Shown here piece by piece: positions 1-10,002 of a stretch of 64,000 bases of DNA; the stretch's first letter is position 1; every line of letters begins with the position of its first letter. The translations under genes and the position numbers were made by a program. The DNA is from Candidatus Woesebacteria bacterium RBG_13_46_13 (GTDB lineage: Bacteria > Patescibacteriota > Microgenomatia > UBA8517), in contig MGFR01000003.1 of assembly GCA_001791995.1 (NCBI GenBank), forward strand, positions 89,543 through 153,542, read 5' to 3'. The notes under the pieces are model-generated. The model was not told the origin of the DNA and searched no databases. It worked only from the letters and a program-made list of their open reading frames with translations.

Positions 1-399
1 CCTGAATATCCAAAAGAGTAAAGAGGTAATGAGAGAAAGTAAAAACGAAAAGCCGATATAGGCGAGAATCCCCTCCAGGCTTATCGCCGGGAAATCGAAA
101 TACTTAGTCGTAAGCCCGGCAAAAAGGAATTGGATAATCTTAAATCCCGGCACAACCAAGGTCACCAGATATAGGGCAATAGCCGAAGAAACCCACTTAA
201 AAAGACCGAATGTAATCAGGTTTATGGGTAAAAGCAGGATATTGATTATCGGTTTGGCCAGCATGGTTGTAATCGTTAGGGCAACACCGGCCAAAAGCAG
301 GGTCTGGTAGCCGTTTTCGAAAATCATTCCTGAAGTCAGTTGAGAAGCCAGATAAAGCGCAAACGTATCCAAAACATAGTGTCTGATAATTTTTCTCAT
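1..399 (-). CDS. Phage holin family / YvlD (DUF360) 4-TM membrane protein, runs off window start
   Basis: Not in ORF track. Manual translation from ATG at 399 gives MRKIIRHYVLDTFALYLASQLTSGMIF...LAKPIINILLLPINLITFGLF, with the KP-x(5)-LP-x(3)-TFGLF pattern typical of the family. Confidence 0.8.
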   Translation of the reverse strand, partial: MRKIIRHYVLDTFALYLASQLTSGMIFENGYQTLLLAGVALTITTMLAKPIINILLLPINLITFGLFKWVSSAIALYLVTLVVPGFKIIQFLFAGLTTKYFDFPAISLEGILAYIGFSFLLSLITSLLFWIFR

Positions 400-434
400 T
401 ACTTCTTAAGTATCGCTTTAAATCCTGAGACTTG

Positions 435-1772
435 TCAAGAAATCAAATCTTTCTTGACAAGAAAGTGGTGATAGCGTCGGGCAAATCTGTGCGCTTCGTC
501 TCTTAATCTTTGAATCAAGTTTAAGGCTGGAGGTTTTAGGCGTACCTCGACAAAGTTCGCCATAACTCCCTGCGGATTTGGAATCACCAAAGTTTCCATT
601 CTTTTGGCCAATCCGACAACGGGAACACCCTCTTTCAGGAAAACCTCTCTGAACGTCGTTACCTGAGCTTTACCTCCGTCAACAACTATCAGGTCGGGTC
701 TACCCCAACCCCTAAGACTTTTAACGCGCCTGGCGGCAATTTCTCTCATGGCGGCAATATCGTCGGCTTTTCTAATAGTTCTAATTTTAAAATGCCGATA
801 GAGGCTTTTTTCCGGTTGCCCGTTGATAAACGTCACCATGGAAGCCGTTTGTTTGGTACCACCAAGATGGGCAACATCAAAACATTCGATTCTGGCTAAT
901 TTATTCTTAACCGGTAAATATTTAGAGATTACTTTCTCTAATTCATTGGATTCAGAAGCCAGGATATCCTCGGAAAGGTTGGGATTTTCTATAAAATCCG
1001 AGACAGGAGTAATCGGTTGAAGAATGTATTCAAGTTTTTGGATTTTTTCTCGTATTTGGGCTGCCGCTTCGTATCCTTGGTTTTTCGAAAGAATTGCCAT
1101 CTGCCTATACAAAGATTGAATTACGGCTTTTGAACGCCTCGAGAGAATATTTTTAAGCATCCGTAAATTACTTCGGTATTTTCGGCGAAGAGCTTGTTTG
1201 GTTTGTATATCGGTCTGGGCTTCGATGCTAGACGGGCAGGGATTGCAAAACCCTATCTGTGAATAAATACAGGCTTTCTTGCCCAATTTATGATCCGAGT
1301 AGGGAATAATTTTCCTCAGCATCCTCAGAACGCTTCTGACGTTGGTTGAAGATGGAAAGGGGCCGTATGTAACCAAGCTGGCCAGTTGGTCGGATTTTCG
1401 GGCGGTTATAACCCTGGGGTATTTTTCCCTGGTAATTTTTATATAGAGAGGGTGTTTGTCATCTTTGGCCACAGTATTGTATGGGGGCTGTTCGCTACGA
1501 ATGAGCTCCGCCTCCAAAAGCAAGGCTTCCAATTCGCTTTCGGATTTGACGTAAATAAAGTATTCCGCCTCAGTCAACATTTTCCGGGTCTTTGGTCCGA
1601 TATGGATAGTCAGGTAAGAATTTAACCTGCTGCGTAAGCTTTTGGCCTTACCTACATAGAGGGCTTCTTTGCCTAAGAAGAAGATATAAATACCCGGGAC
1701 TTCCGGAATCTTCTTAAATTCGGATTTAGTTATTGGGAGGTGGGGCCTTTGGGATAGAATCCTTTTTAACAT
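435..1772 (-). CDS. uvrC: Excinuclease ABC subunit C (short form, no C-terminal HhH)
   Basis: GIY-YIG motif (PGIYIF..LYVGKAKSLRSRL), UVR coil, RNase H-like domain (IECFDVAH, PDLIVVDGGKAQ, QRLRDEAHRFA); downstream of uvrB/uvrA. Confidence 0.93.
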   Translation of the reverse strand: MLKRILSQRPHLPITKSEFKKIPEVPGIYIFFLGKEALYVGKAKSLRSRLNSYLTIHIGPKTRKMLTEAEYFIYVKSESELEALLLEAELIRSEQPPYNTVAKDDKHPLYIKITREKYPRVITARKSDQLASLVTYGPFPSSTNVRSVLRMLRKIIPYSDHKLGKKACIYSQIGFCNPCPSSIEAQTDIQTKQALRRKYRSNLRMLKNILSRRSKAVIQSLYRQMAILSKNQGYEAAAQIREKIQKLEYILQPITPVSDFIENPNLSEDILASESNELEKVISKYLPVKNKLARIECFDVAHLGGTKQTASMVTFINGQPEKSLYRHFKIRTIRKADDIAAMREIAARRVKSLRGWGRPDLIVVDGGKAQVTTFREVFLKEGVPVVGLAKRMETLVIPNPQGVMANFVEVRLKPPALNLIQRLRDEAHRFARRYHHFLVKKDLIS

Positions 1773-3630
1773 TTCTGATTTTTAATAATAGATCCCTATA
1801 CCTTTTGCCAATGATACTTAGATTTATTTTTTTCAGCCTGATAAGTACAAAGATGATAACTGCCGCCAGGACGACGAATACGATTATCAGGTTGTAGATT
1901 ATAACCTGATTTTTAAAAGTTGGCACGCTTATCTCCTTATCTGCTGCCACAATTTTAACCAGGTTGGGAGTATCTTTGGCCAAAAAGCTAAAAGGTACCA
2001 CGACTTGAATTTTGGTCGAAGCATAAGGCGGCAATACTTCGATAATGGTTTTACTCGACAGCTTATTGTCGAAATAAATATGGGGTTGCAAATCATAAAG
2101 GGCTACGGGGCCGGGATTTTTGATATTTACCGCGAGTTTACTTCCAAAAAAGGGAATGCCCCTTTGGGGCACTACGGTTATTTCGGGATGGCTGATTCTT
2201 TCTTCAGGGAGCTGACCGAAATTGACAAACACATCCTTTTGCGGGTTGGAGCCCAATTTATACGAACCCGGAGGGTAAGGCTTTAGGGGGTCCTTACCGT
2301 GAACCACAAAAGTGAAGTGGCGAAGGTCAAGTTTGGTAAAATAGTCCACTCCTCCAGTGGTTGAGGCCCAGGTCGGGTCGATAGGAATCCAGCTTTTGCT
2401 CTCATCGCTCCAGTATTCCGGCCAAGAATGGAGTACGTCCGCGACCAAGCTTAAGGGCTGGATTTGAGGGTTTTCGGTGTAGGCAAAACCGTTAACTTCC
2501 CGGGCCGGAATTCCCGCAGAACGGGCTAGGGCAATAAAGAGGTCGGTAAATTCCATGCAGATAGCGTTTTTGGGGCTGTTTAAAGCCTCTACGGCCCCCA
2601 TTCTTTCCACGTTGGGCCTGACCCGTTCGTAATCATAAGAGAGGGTTTTAGCAACAAAGTCGTATATCTGCTTGGCAGTTTGTAACCTTCTGGCGGTATC
2701 CTTAATAACGGGATTGGAAGTTTGCCAGTACTGGGTTTCTTTCAAATCATTGGCCAGAGTTTCTTTGGTGGGTTTAGGGAACGGTCTGACAGTTGCAAAG
2801 ATCTGTACCGAGCCCTTGGCCCGAATATCGACTCTTTCGCGCGGTTCGAGTTCGTAGGCAGCTATCCAATTCCCGTCCTCATCGATACTCACGTTTTTGG
2901 GAGCTGGGGTAATCTCCTGGAAATACACTTTTTGTAATGCCGTATCAGGGGGCAAAGCTATCTCCGTAGTGGTTTTTTTGCCTATCGGGTTTTCCAAATG
3001 GTAGCTCAGATCGAAAGAGAAAACCTGGAAAGCTCCGAATCCGGCAGTGATTCCCGTCTTTTCAACGCTTTCTTTGCCAAACTTGTAAAGATTAAGCCCT
3101 GCTTCTTGCTTTAGCGAGTCGGGTTTGGGAGACATATAAGCCTCATTGCCCAAAGACGTAGGTATAATAAGAGAAAGAGAGTAGGAACGGAAAGAGTTGT
3201 CTTCGGAAAGTCTGGGAATCGAAATTTCCCAAACCTCCCCGGTGCGTGTTGCGAATCCGGAATTGTTAAAACTGACGCTGAAGATTTGCGACTTGCCTTT
3301 GCCGACAACCGTATCGTCGAAGAAAACGGTGAGGATGGTTTTACTTCCTTCTTTAGCCTGTTCAACTCTTAAGGCCCTGCCTTCCTTTGAAGCTTTGACG
3401 TCGGAAGGCTCTATATTGTCCAAGACCAACCTGTAAGAAGTGGCGTAGAGATTGGAAACCGTATTTTCCAGAGTGAAATTGTGGGTTACAGTCACCCCAC
3501 CGCCCTCAAGAACCCGATACTCTACGTTTACATCAGTAATAAATTCTCCCTGGGCCGAAGCCTGGTGTATAAACAAAAAAGCGAAGATAATCGCAAGAAC
3601 AATACCCGACAAAACCTTGAGAATTTTCAT
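1726..3630 (-). CDS. Membrane-anchored transglutaminase-like domain protein
   Basis: Signal peptide from MKILKV (3630), Cys-His-Asp triad motifs AICMEFTDLF / LHSWPEY / WIPIDPTW, C-terminal TM. The ORF-track start at 3723 overlaps uvrA. Confidence 0.85.
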   Translation of the reverse strand: MKILKVLSGIVLAIIFAFLFIHQASAQGEFITDVNVEYRVLEGGGVTVTHNFTLENTVSNLYATSYRLVLDNIEPSDVKASKEGRALRVEQAKEGSKTILTVFFDDTVVGKGKSQIFSVSFNNSGFATRTGEVWEISIPRLSEDNSFRSYSLSLIIPTSLGNEAYMSPKPDSLKQEAGLNLYKFGKESVEKTGITAGFGAFQVFSFDLSYHLENPIGKKTTTEIALPPDTALQKVYFQEITPAPKNVSIDEDGNWIAAYELEPRERVDIRAKGSVQIFATVRPFPKPTKETLANDLKETQYWQTSNPVIKDTARRLQTAKQIYDFVAKTLSYDYERVRPNVERMGAVEALNSPKNAICMEFTDLFIALARSAGIPAREVNGFAYTENPQIQPLSLVADVLHSWPEYWSDESKSWIPIDPTWASTTGGVDYFTKLDLRHFTFVVHGKDPLKPYPPGSYKLGSNPQKDVFVNFGQLPEERISHPEITVVPQRGIPFFGSKLAVNIKNPGPVALYDLQPHIYFDNKLSSKTIIEVLPPYASTKIQVVVPFSFLAKDTPNLVKIVAADKEISVPTFKNQVIIYNLIIVFVVLAAVIIFVLIRLKKINLSIIGKRYRDLLLKIRNVKKDSIPKAPPPNN

Positions 3631-3655
3631 AGATTTAGTATAAATGAACTTGAAG

Positions 3656-6583
3656 CTATTTGTAAGGCGACTCTTGCAGGAATTTCCCAGTATAGGACCC
3701 ATCGTTTTTCTTGATATCGACAACCGTCCCTTTGGCTACGACATTTCCTCCGTCTTCGCCTCCTTCGGGTCCCAAATCAATAATCCAATCAGCATTTTTG
3801 ATTACGTCCAAATTATGCTCTATCAGAAATACCGAGTTGCCTTTATCCACCAAAAGCCTCAGCACCTTTAATAGCCGCTCCACGTCCGCAAAGTGGAGCC
3901 CGGTTGTGGGTTCATCGAGAATATATACGGTTTTACCGGTGGCCCTTTTGGAAAGCTCTGTTGCCAACTTAACCCTTTGGGCCTCACCTCCCGAGAGCGT
4001 GGTTGCGGGCTGGCCGAGTTTCATATAGCCCAAACCTACATGTTCCAAGGTTTCCAGTTTGGCCAGAATTTTCGGATGGGAGTGAAAAAACTCGAGCGAA
4101 TCGTTTACCGTCATTGCCAAAACTTCCGCGATATTCTTACCCCTGTAGCTAACCTCCAAGGTTTGAGAGCTATACCTTTTACCCCCACAGACATCGCAGG
4201 TAATCCAAATGTCACTCATAAACTGCATTTCTATCTTTATTTGTCCTTGACCCTCACAGGCTTCACATCTGCCGCCTCTTAGATTGAAAGAAAATCTGCC
4301 TTTCTTAAATCCCATTGCTCTGGCCTCTCTGGTATTGGCAAAAACCTCCCGTACGGGGTCAAAAACTCCGGTATAGGTCGCGGGGTTACTCCTTGGGGTT
4401 CTGCCGATAGGGGATTGGTCGATAAGGATTACCTTGTCGATATTTTCTTTGCCCTCGAGCCTTATAAACTTGCCCACGTTTCCCCTGTAAAGAGGGTTAA
4501 GATAACTGCTTAAAGCGGGAAATAAAGTTTCTACGAGTAAAGTAGATTTACCCGAACCCGACACCCCGGTAATACAAACCAGCTTACCTAAAGGAAAATC
4601 CACATCAATGCCTTTTAGGTTAAATTGTGAAGCTCCGAAGACGGAGAGCGAAACCGGATTTTTGAGCAAAGATTGGGTTTTTAAAATATCTATTCTTCTT
4701 TTTCCGGACATAAACTTACCGGTCAGGGATTTTGGATTTGCTGAAATTTGTTTGGCCGTCCCCGTAGCGACTATCTCTCCCCCATCTTCCCCCGCACCCG
4801 GTCCAAAATCGATGACATGATCTGCGCTTCCGATCATTTCCCTGTCGTGTTCGACCACGACCACTGTGTTTCCCAAATCCCTCAATCTTTTAAGGGTGTC
4901 TATCAGCTTTTTATTGTCCCTTTGGTGAAGCCCGATGGTAGGCTCATCCAAGACATACAAGACTCCGGTTAAGCCCGAGCCTATTTGCGAAGCCAGACGG
5001 ATTCTTTGGGCTTCTCCTCCAGATAAACTCCCCGCTTCCCTATCCAGGGTTAAATATTCCAGACCCACCGAGATTAAAAACTTCAGCCTTTGTTCTATTT
5101 CTTTGATAATTAGCTTCGCAATTTCTTTCTCTCTGGCACTGACTTGGGTGTTTAGATTAAGAGAATTTACCCACTCGAGAGTTTTACTTACCGAGTTTGA
5201 GGTTAAAGCGGATATGGATTGGCTCAAGATGGTTACCGAGAGGGATTCCGGCTTTAGCCTGCTACCCTTACAAGTTGCGCAAAGCTGTTCCCTCATATAT
5301 TTCTCTATTTCTCCTTTGACATAATCTGAAGTCGACTCCCTGTATCTTCTTTCCAAATCGGCAACAATTCCTATAAACCTTTCGTAAATCCGGGTAAAGC
5401 GTCCCCAGCGGTTGGTACCTTCGACCATGTATTCGAAATCTCCTGTTCCGTAAAGCAGAATATCTATTTCGTCGGAAGACAGGTTTTTAATCGGAGTTTT
5501 TGGATCAATACCGTTTTCTTTGCAAACCTCAAGGTAGAGTCTTGAAACCCAAGTGTCGTGTTCGAACATGGTTGCGAAAGGCAGAATTGCCCCTTCGGTA
5601 ATCGATATTTCCGGAGCAAAGATAAAACTAGGTTCCACTTTCAGGATTTTTCCCAAACCAGAGCAGGAAGGACAAGCACCATGAGGAGAGTTGAAAGAAA
5701 AAGTACGGGGTTCTATCTCCGGAATCTGGATATTGTCGGTCGGACAGGCAAATTTCTCGGAGAATAAATGGTTTTCGAATTTCTTGGGATACTCGGGCAT
5801 CTCAAAACCTACGTCCTTAATCTGCGCCAGAACCGCATTGCCTTCCGAAAGATTCAAGGCCTGCTGAAAAGAGTCAGCCAGTCTGGAGCGCAGGTTGTCT
5901 ATAAAAACCTTATCTCTGATGTTGCCGAGACTTAGGCTTAGCTTATCTATAACAACTTCTATGGTGTGCTTATTAGTTTTTATGAGCACAAAGTCTTCCG
6001 ATAAATCTTTGATATACCCGTCAACTCTTAATTGTTTGTAGCCTTTGGCTTTTAGGTTATCGAAAAGGGACGAGAATTCTCCCTTTCTGTCGGAAACGAC
6101 AGGAGAAAGAATCATAAACCTGCCGACTTTGCCCTTCTTGGTTTCTTCACTTATAAGAGAAAAAGATTGTTCGACAATTTGATCAATGGACTGATGTGAG
6201 ATTTCCCTGCCGCAGACGGGACAATGGGGATGGCCGATGCGGGCGAAGAGAAGTCGCAGATAATCGTAGACTTCGGTAACGGTCCCCACCGTAGAGCGTG
6301 GATTTCTGGAGGTAGTTTTTTGATCGATGGAAATTGCGGGGGATAATCCTTCTATGTGGTCCACATCCGGCTTTTCCATAATCCCCAAAAATTGCCGGGC
6401 ATAAGTCGAAAGACTCTCCACATAACGCCTTTGACCTTCCGCGTAGAGAGTATCGAAAGCCAAAGAGCTTTTGCCACTACCGGAAACTCCCGTCAGAACA
6501 ACAAGTTTGTTCTTGGGTATTTCCAGATTGATATTTTTGAGGTTATGCTGACGCGCCCCTCTTATTCGTATTGTGTTTTCCAT
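3656..6583 (-). CDS. uvrA: Excinuclease ABC subunit A
   Basis: GARQHNLKNI, two Walker A GVSGSGKS, LSGGEAQR signatures, Zn fingers; start set at MENTIRIRG. Confidence 0.98.
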   Translation of the reverse strand: MENTIRIRGARQHNLKNINLEIPKNKLVVLTGVSGSGKSSLAFDTLYAEGQRRYVESLSTYARQFLGIMEKPDVDHIEGLSPAISIDQKTTSRNPRSTVGTVTEVYDYLRLLFARIGHPHCPVCGREISHQSIDQIVEQSFSLISEETKKGKVGRFMILSPVVSDRKGEFSSLFDNLKAKGYKQLRVDGYIKDLSEDFVLIKTNKHTIEVVIDKLSLSLGNIRDKVFIDNLRSRLADSFQQALNLSEGNAVLAQIKDVGFEMPEYPKKFENHLFSEKFACPTDNIQIPEIEPRTFSFNSPHGACPSCSGLGKILKVEPSFIFAPEISITEGAILPFATMFEHDTWVSRLYLEVCKENGIDPKTPIKNLSSDEIDILLYGTGDFEYMVEGTNRWGRFTRIYERFIGIVADLERRYRESTSDYVKGEIEKYMREQLCATCKGSRLKPESLSVTILSQSISALTSNSVSKTLEWVNSLNLNTQVSAREKEIAKLIIKEIEQRLKFLISVGLEYLTLDREAGSLSGGEAQRIRLASQIGSGLTGVLYVLDEPTIGLHQRDNKKLIDTLKRLRDLGNTVVVVEHDREMIGSADHVIDFGPGAGEDGGEIVATGTAKQISANPKSLTGKFMSGKRRIDILKTQSLLKNPVSLSVFGASQFNLKGIDVDFPLGKLVCITGVSGSGKSTLLVETLFPALSSYLNPLYRGNVGKFIRLEGKENIDKVILIDQSPIGRTPRSNPATYTGVFDPVREVFANTREARAMGFKKGRFSFNLRGGRCEACEGQGQIKIEMQFMSDIWITCDVCGGKRYSSQTLEVSYRGKNIAEVLAMTVNDSLEFFHSHPKILAKLETLEHVGLGYMKLGQPATTLSGGEAQRVKLATELSKRATGKTVYILDEPTTGLHFADVERLLKVLRLLVDKGNSVFLIEHNLDVIKNADWIIDLGPEGGEDGGNVVAKGTVVDIKKNDGSYTGKFLQESPYK

Positions 6584-6633
6584 AACACGCAAACTTCCCA
6601 TCGGATTACCGACGGATGAGTTAGTATAACAAA

Positions 6634-8661
6634 CTAGACGGTGATTTCCTTAATCTTGTCCCTAATCTCCGCCGCCAATTCAAAATTCAAATCCTGGGCG
6701 GCCAAAAGCATTTCTTTCCTTAGATTATTCACTAAACGTTTTTTATCCATTGGCGTGAGTCCATCCATGTCTATATGCGGAAGCTTAAGGAATAATGATT
6801 CTTTCTTGCCAAATAATCTTTCCATTCCGGTTTCCTGCTCTTTTTCTACCACCTTTTCCCGGATTGGCTTATGAATTGATTTGGGCGTAATTCCTATCTT
6901 CTTATTCATTTTTATTTGATACTTTCTCCTTCTGCCGACTTCATCCAAGGCTCTTTGCATCGAACCTGTAACCCTATCTGCATACATAATTACCCTTCCT
7001 TCCACATGTCTGGCAGCTCGACCCATGGTTTGAATAAGGGTGACGTCGCTTCTTAAAAAGCCTTCCTTGTCGGCATCCAAAATTGCCACCAAAGATACTT
7101 CGGGAAGGTCCAGTCCTTCTCTTAACAGATTAATTCCCACCAAAACATCGTAGTTGCCGCGTCTTAAGTCGTCTAAAATATCCGTACGGTCCAACGTTTT
7201 AACGTCGGAGTGCAGATAGTGAACTTTTAAGCCTTGTTCCGCCAGATATTCTGACAAATCCTCGGCTGTTCGTTTAGTTAAAGTGGTAACCAGAGTCCTT
7301 TGTTTCTTTTTAGCCTGCTTTTTAATCTCTTTAATAACATCGGCCACCTGGTGCTTGGTCGGTCTAATCTCTACCTCCGGGTCCGGTATGCCCGTAGGTC
7401 TTAAGAGTTGTTCGACCACCTGTCCGTTTTCCTTTGCTTGGGAAAGTTCCCATTCGGCGGGAGTGGCAGAGGTGGCAATGAAATTGGGAATTCTGCGCAT
7501 AAACTCTTCAAACCTTAGGGGACGGTTATCAATGGCTGCGGGAAGTCTGAATCCGTAATCTATTAGTGTTTGTTTTCGGGAAAGGTCACCGTTATACATT
7601 CCTCTAATCTGGGGGAAAGTCATGTGGGACTCGTCAATTATTACCAGCCAATCTTTCTTATATGGTTCGTTGAAATAATCCAGAAGGCTAAAGGGCGCAT
7701 CCCCCGGAGAACGGCCGTCAAAATATCTGGAATAATTCTCTATCCCTTTGACATAACCGAACTCCTTAATCATTTCCAAATCGTAGCTTACCTTTTGTTG
7801 TATTCTTTGGGCTTCCAATAGCTTGCCGTGCTTCTTAAAAAGGCTAACCCTCTCTTCCATATCGCCTTTTATTTGTTCAAATACTTCCTGGTTTTTGGCA
7901 GGGTCGGTGATGAAATGCTTGGCCGGGTAAAGAACATAGACCGAAGGGTCGTATCCGCCCAATTTAACCTTTTCCCCGGTTACGGTATTGATATAGTCAA
8001 CTTTACTTATCTTTTCCCCCTTTAGCTCTATTCTCATTCCCTCATCAATATAGGCGGGGTAAATATCAACAGTGTCACCCCTGACCCTGAAAGTTCCCCG
8101 GTGGAATCCGAACTCGCTTCTTTTGTACTGCAGATCAATTAGCCTGTCGATTATCTGTTCCCTGGCTATCTTCATGCCTTCCGCAAACTCGAATACAAAG
8201 TGACCGTATTCCCTCGGAGAGCCGATGTTATAGATGCATGAGACGGAGGCAACAACGATAGTATCGGATCTCGTAAGGAGATTTGCGGTTGCCGCCAGTC
8301 GTAGCTTGTCTATCAACTCGTTAATGTCCGAATCCTTCTCGATATAGGTATCGGTTGAAGGAATATACGCCTCGGGCTGATAGTAGTCGTAGTAGGAAAC
8401 GAAGTAGGACACCGCATTTTTGGGAAAAAAGTCCCTCAACTCCTGGTAAAGTTGTGCGGCCAGGGTTTTGTTGTGGGAGATAATCAGGGTCGGCTTTTGC
8501 AGCTTTTGGATGACATTGGCCATGGTGAAGGTTTTCCCCGAACCGGTTACCCCCAAGAGAACCTGATACTTTTTGCCTTTAACAACAGCCTTGGCCAGTT
8601 TATCGATGGCTTGAACCTGGTCAGCGATCGGCTTGAAGGTGGACTTAAGCTTAAATTTCAT
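6634..8661 (-). CDS. uvrB: Excinuclease ABC subunit B
   Basis: GVTGSGKT, YYDYYQPEAY beta-hairpin, DESH, C-terminal UVR domain. Confidence 0.98.
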   Translation of the reverse strand: MKFKLKSTFKPIADQVQAIDKLAKAVVKGKKYQVLLGVTGSGKTFTMANVIQKLQKPTLIISHNKTLAAQLYQELRDFFPKNAVSYFVSYYDYYQPEAYIPSTDTYIEKDSDINELIDKLRLAATANLLTRSDTIVVASVSCIYNIGSPREYGHFVFEFAEGMKIAREQIIDRLIDLQYKRSEFGFHRGTFRVRGDTVDIYPAYIDEGMRIELKGEKISKVDYINTVTGEKVKLGGYDPSVYVLYPAKHFITDPAKNQEVFEQIKGDMEERVSLFKKHGKLLEAQRIQQKVSYDLEMIKEFGYVKGIENYSRYFDGRSPGDAPFSLLDYFNEPYKKDWLVIIDESHMTFPQIRGMYNGDLSRKQTLIDYGFRLPAAIDNRPLRFEEFMRRIPNFIATSATPAEWELSQAKENGQVVEQLLRPTGIPDPEVEIRPTKHQVADVIKEIKKQAKKKQRTLVTTLTKRTAEDLSEYLAEQGLKVHYLHSDVKTLDRTDILDDLRRGNYDVLVGINLLREGLDLPEVSLVAILDADKEGFLRSDVTLIQTMGRAARHVEGRVIMYADRVTGSMQRALDEVGRRRKYQIKMNKKIGITPKSIHKPIREKVVEKEQETGMERLFGKKESLFLKLPHIDMDGLTPMDKKRLVNNLRKEMLLAAQDLNFELAAEIRDKIKEITV

Positions 8662-8683
8662 AACCTAAATATTCTACCATAGT

Positions 8684-8731
8684 TTTGGGTTTATTTTGGG
8701 TCTTGACTAGTTCGGGTTTTATTTGTATTTT
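8684..8731 (+). promoter_or_regulatory. lexA promoter (TTGACT-N17-TATTTT) with candidate direct-repeat LexA operators, shared with divergent uvrB
   Basis: -35 at 8703-8708, -10 at 8726-8731; TTTGG-N6-TTTGG (8684-8699) and TTCGG-N6-TTTGT (8711-8726). Confidence 0.6.
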
Positions 8732-8737
8732 CTATAT

Positions 8738-9358
8738 ATGGCACCGATAATTTACAAAAGACAGGGTCAAATACTCGACTTCATCAAGCAGCACATTCAA
8801 GCAACCGGTTCGGCCCCTACCCTAAAACAAATCGCTGACGCGATAGGTGTCTCTTCCCTGGCTACAGTTCATGAACACCTGCAAACCCTTGAGGAAAAGG
8901 GCTTAATCAAGCGCAAAATCGGCAAAACCAGATCAATTGAGCTTACCTCGTCTAACGTCGATTATTCTGCAGTGGGAATGGATGTCCCCATACTGGGCTT
9001 TATCGCCGCAGGAACCCCTATAGAGCCCTACACCGACCCCAATGCCACCATGAGTATTCCTTCGCCCTTTGTTACCGGCAGAAAGCGGGTGTATGTTCTT
9101 CAGGTGCGGGGAGAAAGCATGATTGAAGAACAGATAAGAGACGGAGATTATGTTGTTGTAGAACAGGCGGAACATGCCAACAACGGCGAAATCGTAGTTG
9201 CCCTGCTGGATAACGGGATGGCCACCTTAAAAAGGTTTTTCAGGGAGGCAACCAGAATAAGATTGGAGCCGGCCAATGCCAAGATGAGCCCCATCTTTGT
9301 CAAAAACGTCAGGATTCAGGGAAAAGTGGTTGGGCTGATCAGAAAGTATAAAAATTAA
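8738..9358 (+). CDS. lexA: SOS repressor LexA
   Basis: N-terminal wHTH (PTLKQIADAIG..S.ATV..HL..LEEKGLI), Ala-Gly cleavage site (IAAG), catalytic Ser (GESM) and Lys (ATLKR). Confidence 0.95.
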   Translation: MAPIIYKRQGQILDFIKQHIQATGSAPTLKQIADAIGVSSLATVHEHLQTLEEKGLIKRKIGKTRSIELTSSNVDYSAVGMDVPILGFIAAGTPIEPYTDPNATMSIPSPFVTGRKRVYVLQVRGESMIEEQIRDGDYVVVEQAEHANNGEIVVALLDNGMATLKRFFREATRIRLEPANAKMSPIFVKNVRIQGKVVGLIRKYKN

Positions 9359-9984
9359 GCTTCTCTTCTTCTCTTGAGGTGGGTATAGATATAAAAACCT
9401 ACAGCTGCGATTCCTAAACCGACAATCACGAACTGAAATTTTCTGAAGTAAGGTTCAATTGCCAGCCAATTCTCACCGAGTTTTAAGCCGATATATGCCA
9501 GAAATCCGGACCATAAAAGTGAACCGATAAAGGTCAGTAAGGAAAAAAGAGGCAGGTTCATTTTGGCGATTCCTGCCGGAAGTGAAATAAAGGTCCTGAC
9601 AATCGGCAGCAGCCTTGAGGCAAAGGTTATCCCCTGACCGTATTTTTGATACCAATCCTTCGCCTTATCGTATTCATGCTCCCGGATAAGGAGCCACTTG
9701 CCCCATTTCCTGATGGCGAGCCTGACCCATTCTTCGCCTTTAACGTAACCCAACCAGTAGGCCAAGAGGGAACCCGTAAGGTTCCCGATGGCACCGATAA
9801 GGATGGCTACCCAAAAATTCATGACCCCCATGCCGGCAAGAAAACCGGCAAAAGGCATGGTAATCTCCGAAGGAATGGGAATTAGAGCCGACTCTGCCGT
9901 CATCAAAACAAATACGGCCAAAAGTCCGTAGGAAGAAATGAGACTGGTGAGGTTTGCTACAAAAAATTGGGTAATCTCCTGCAT
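9355..9984 (-). CDS. DedA family membrane protein
   Basis: ESALIPIPSE and SRLLPIVRTFISLPAG motifs. Confidence 0.92.
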   Translation of the reverse strand: MQEITQFFVANLTSLISSYGLLAVFVLMTAESALIPIPSEITMPFAGFLAGMGVMNFWVAILIGAIGNLTGSLLAYWLGYVKGEEWVRLAIRKWGKWLLIREHEYDKAKDWYQKYGQGITFASRLLPIVRTFISLPAGIAKMNLPLFSLLTFIGSLLWSGFLAYIGLKLGENWLAIEPYFRKFQFVIVGLGIAAVGFYIYTHLKRRREA

Positions 9985-10002
9985 AGAATATAAATTCTAT
10001 AC

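Noticed and set aside
6597-6616. 8-bp hairpin in the uvrA leader
   Set aside because: A single small hairpin with no U-tract or second copy; insufficient evidence for a regulatory element.
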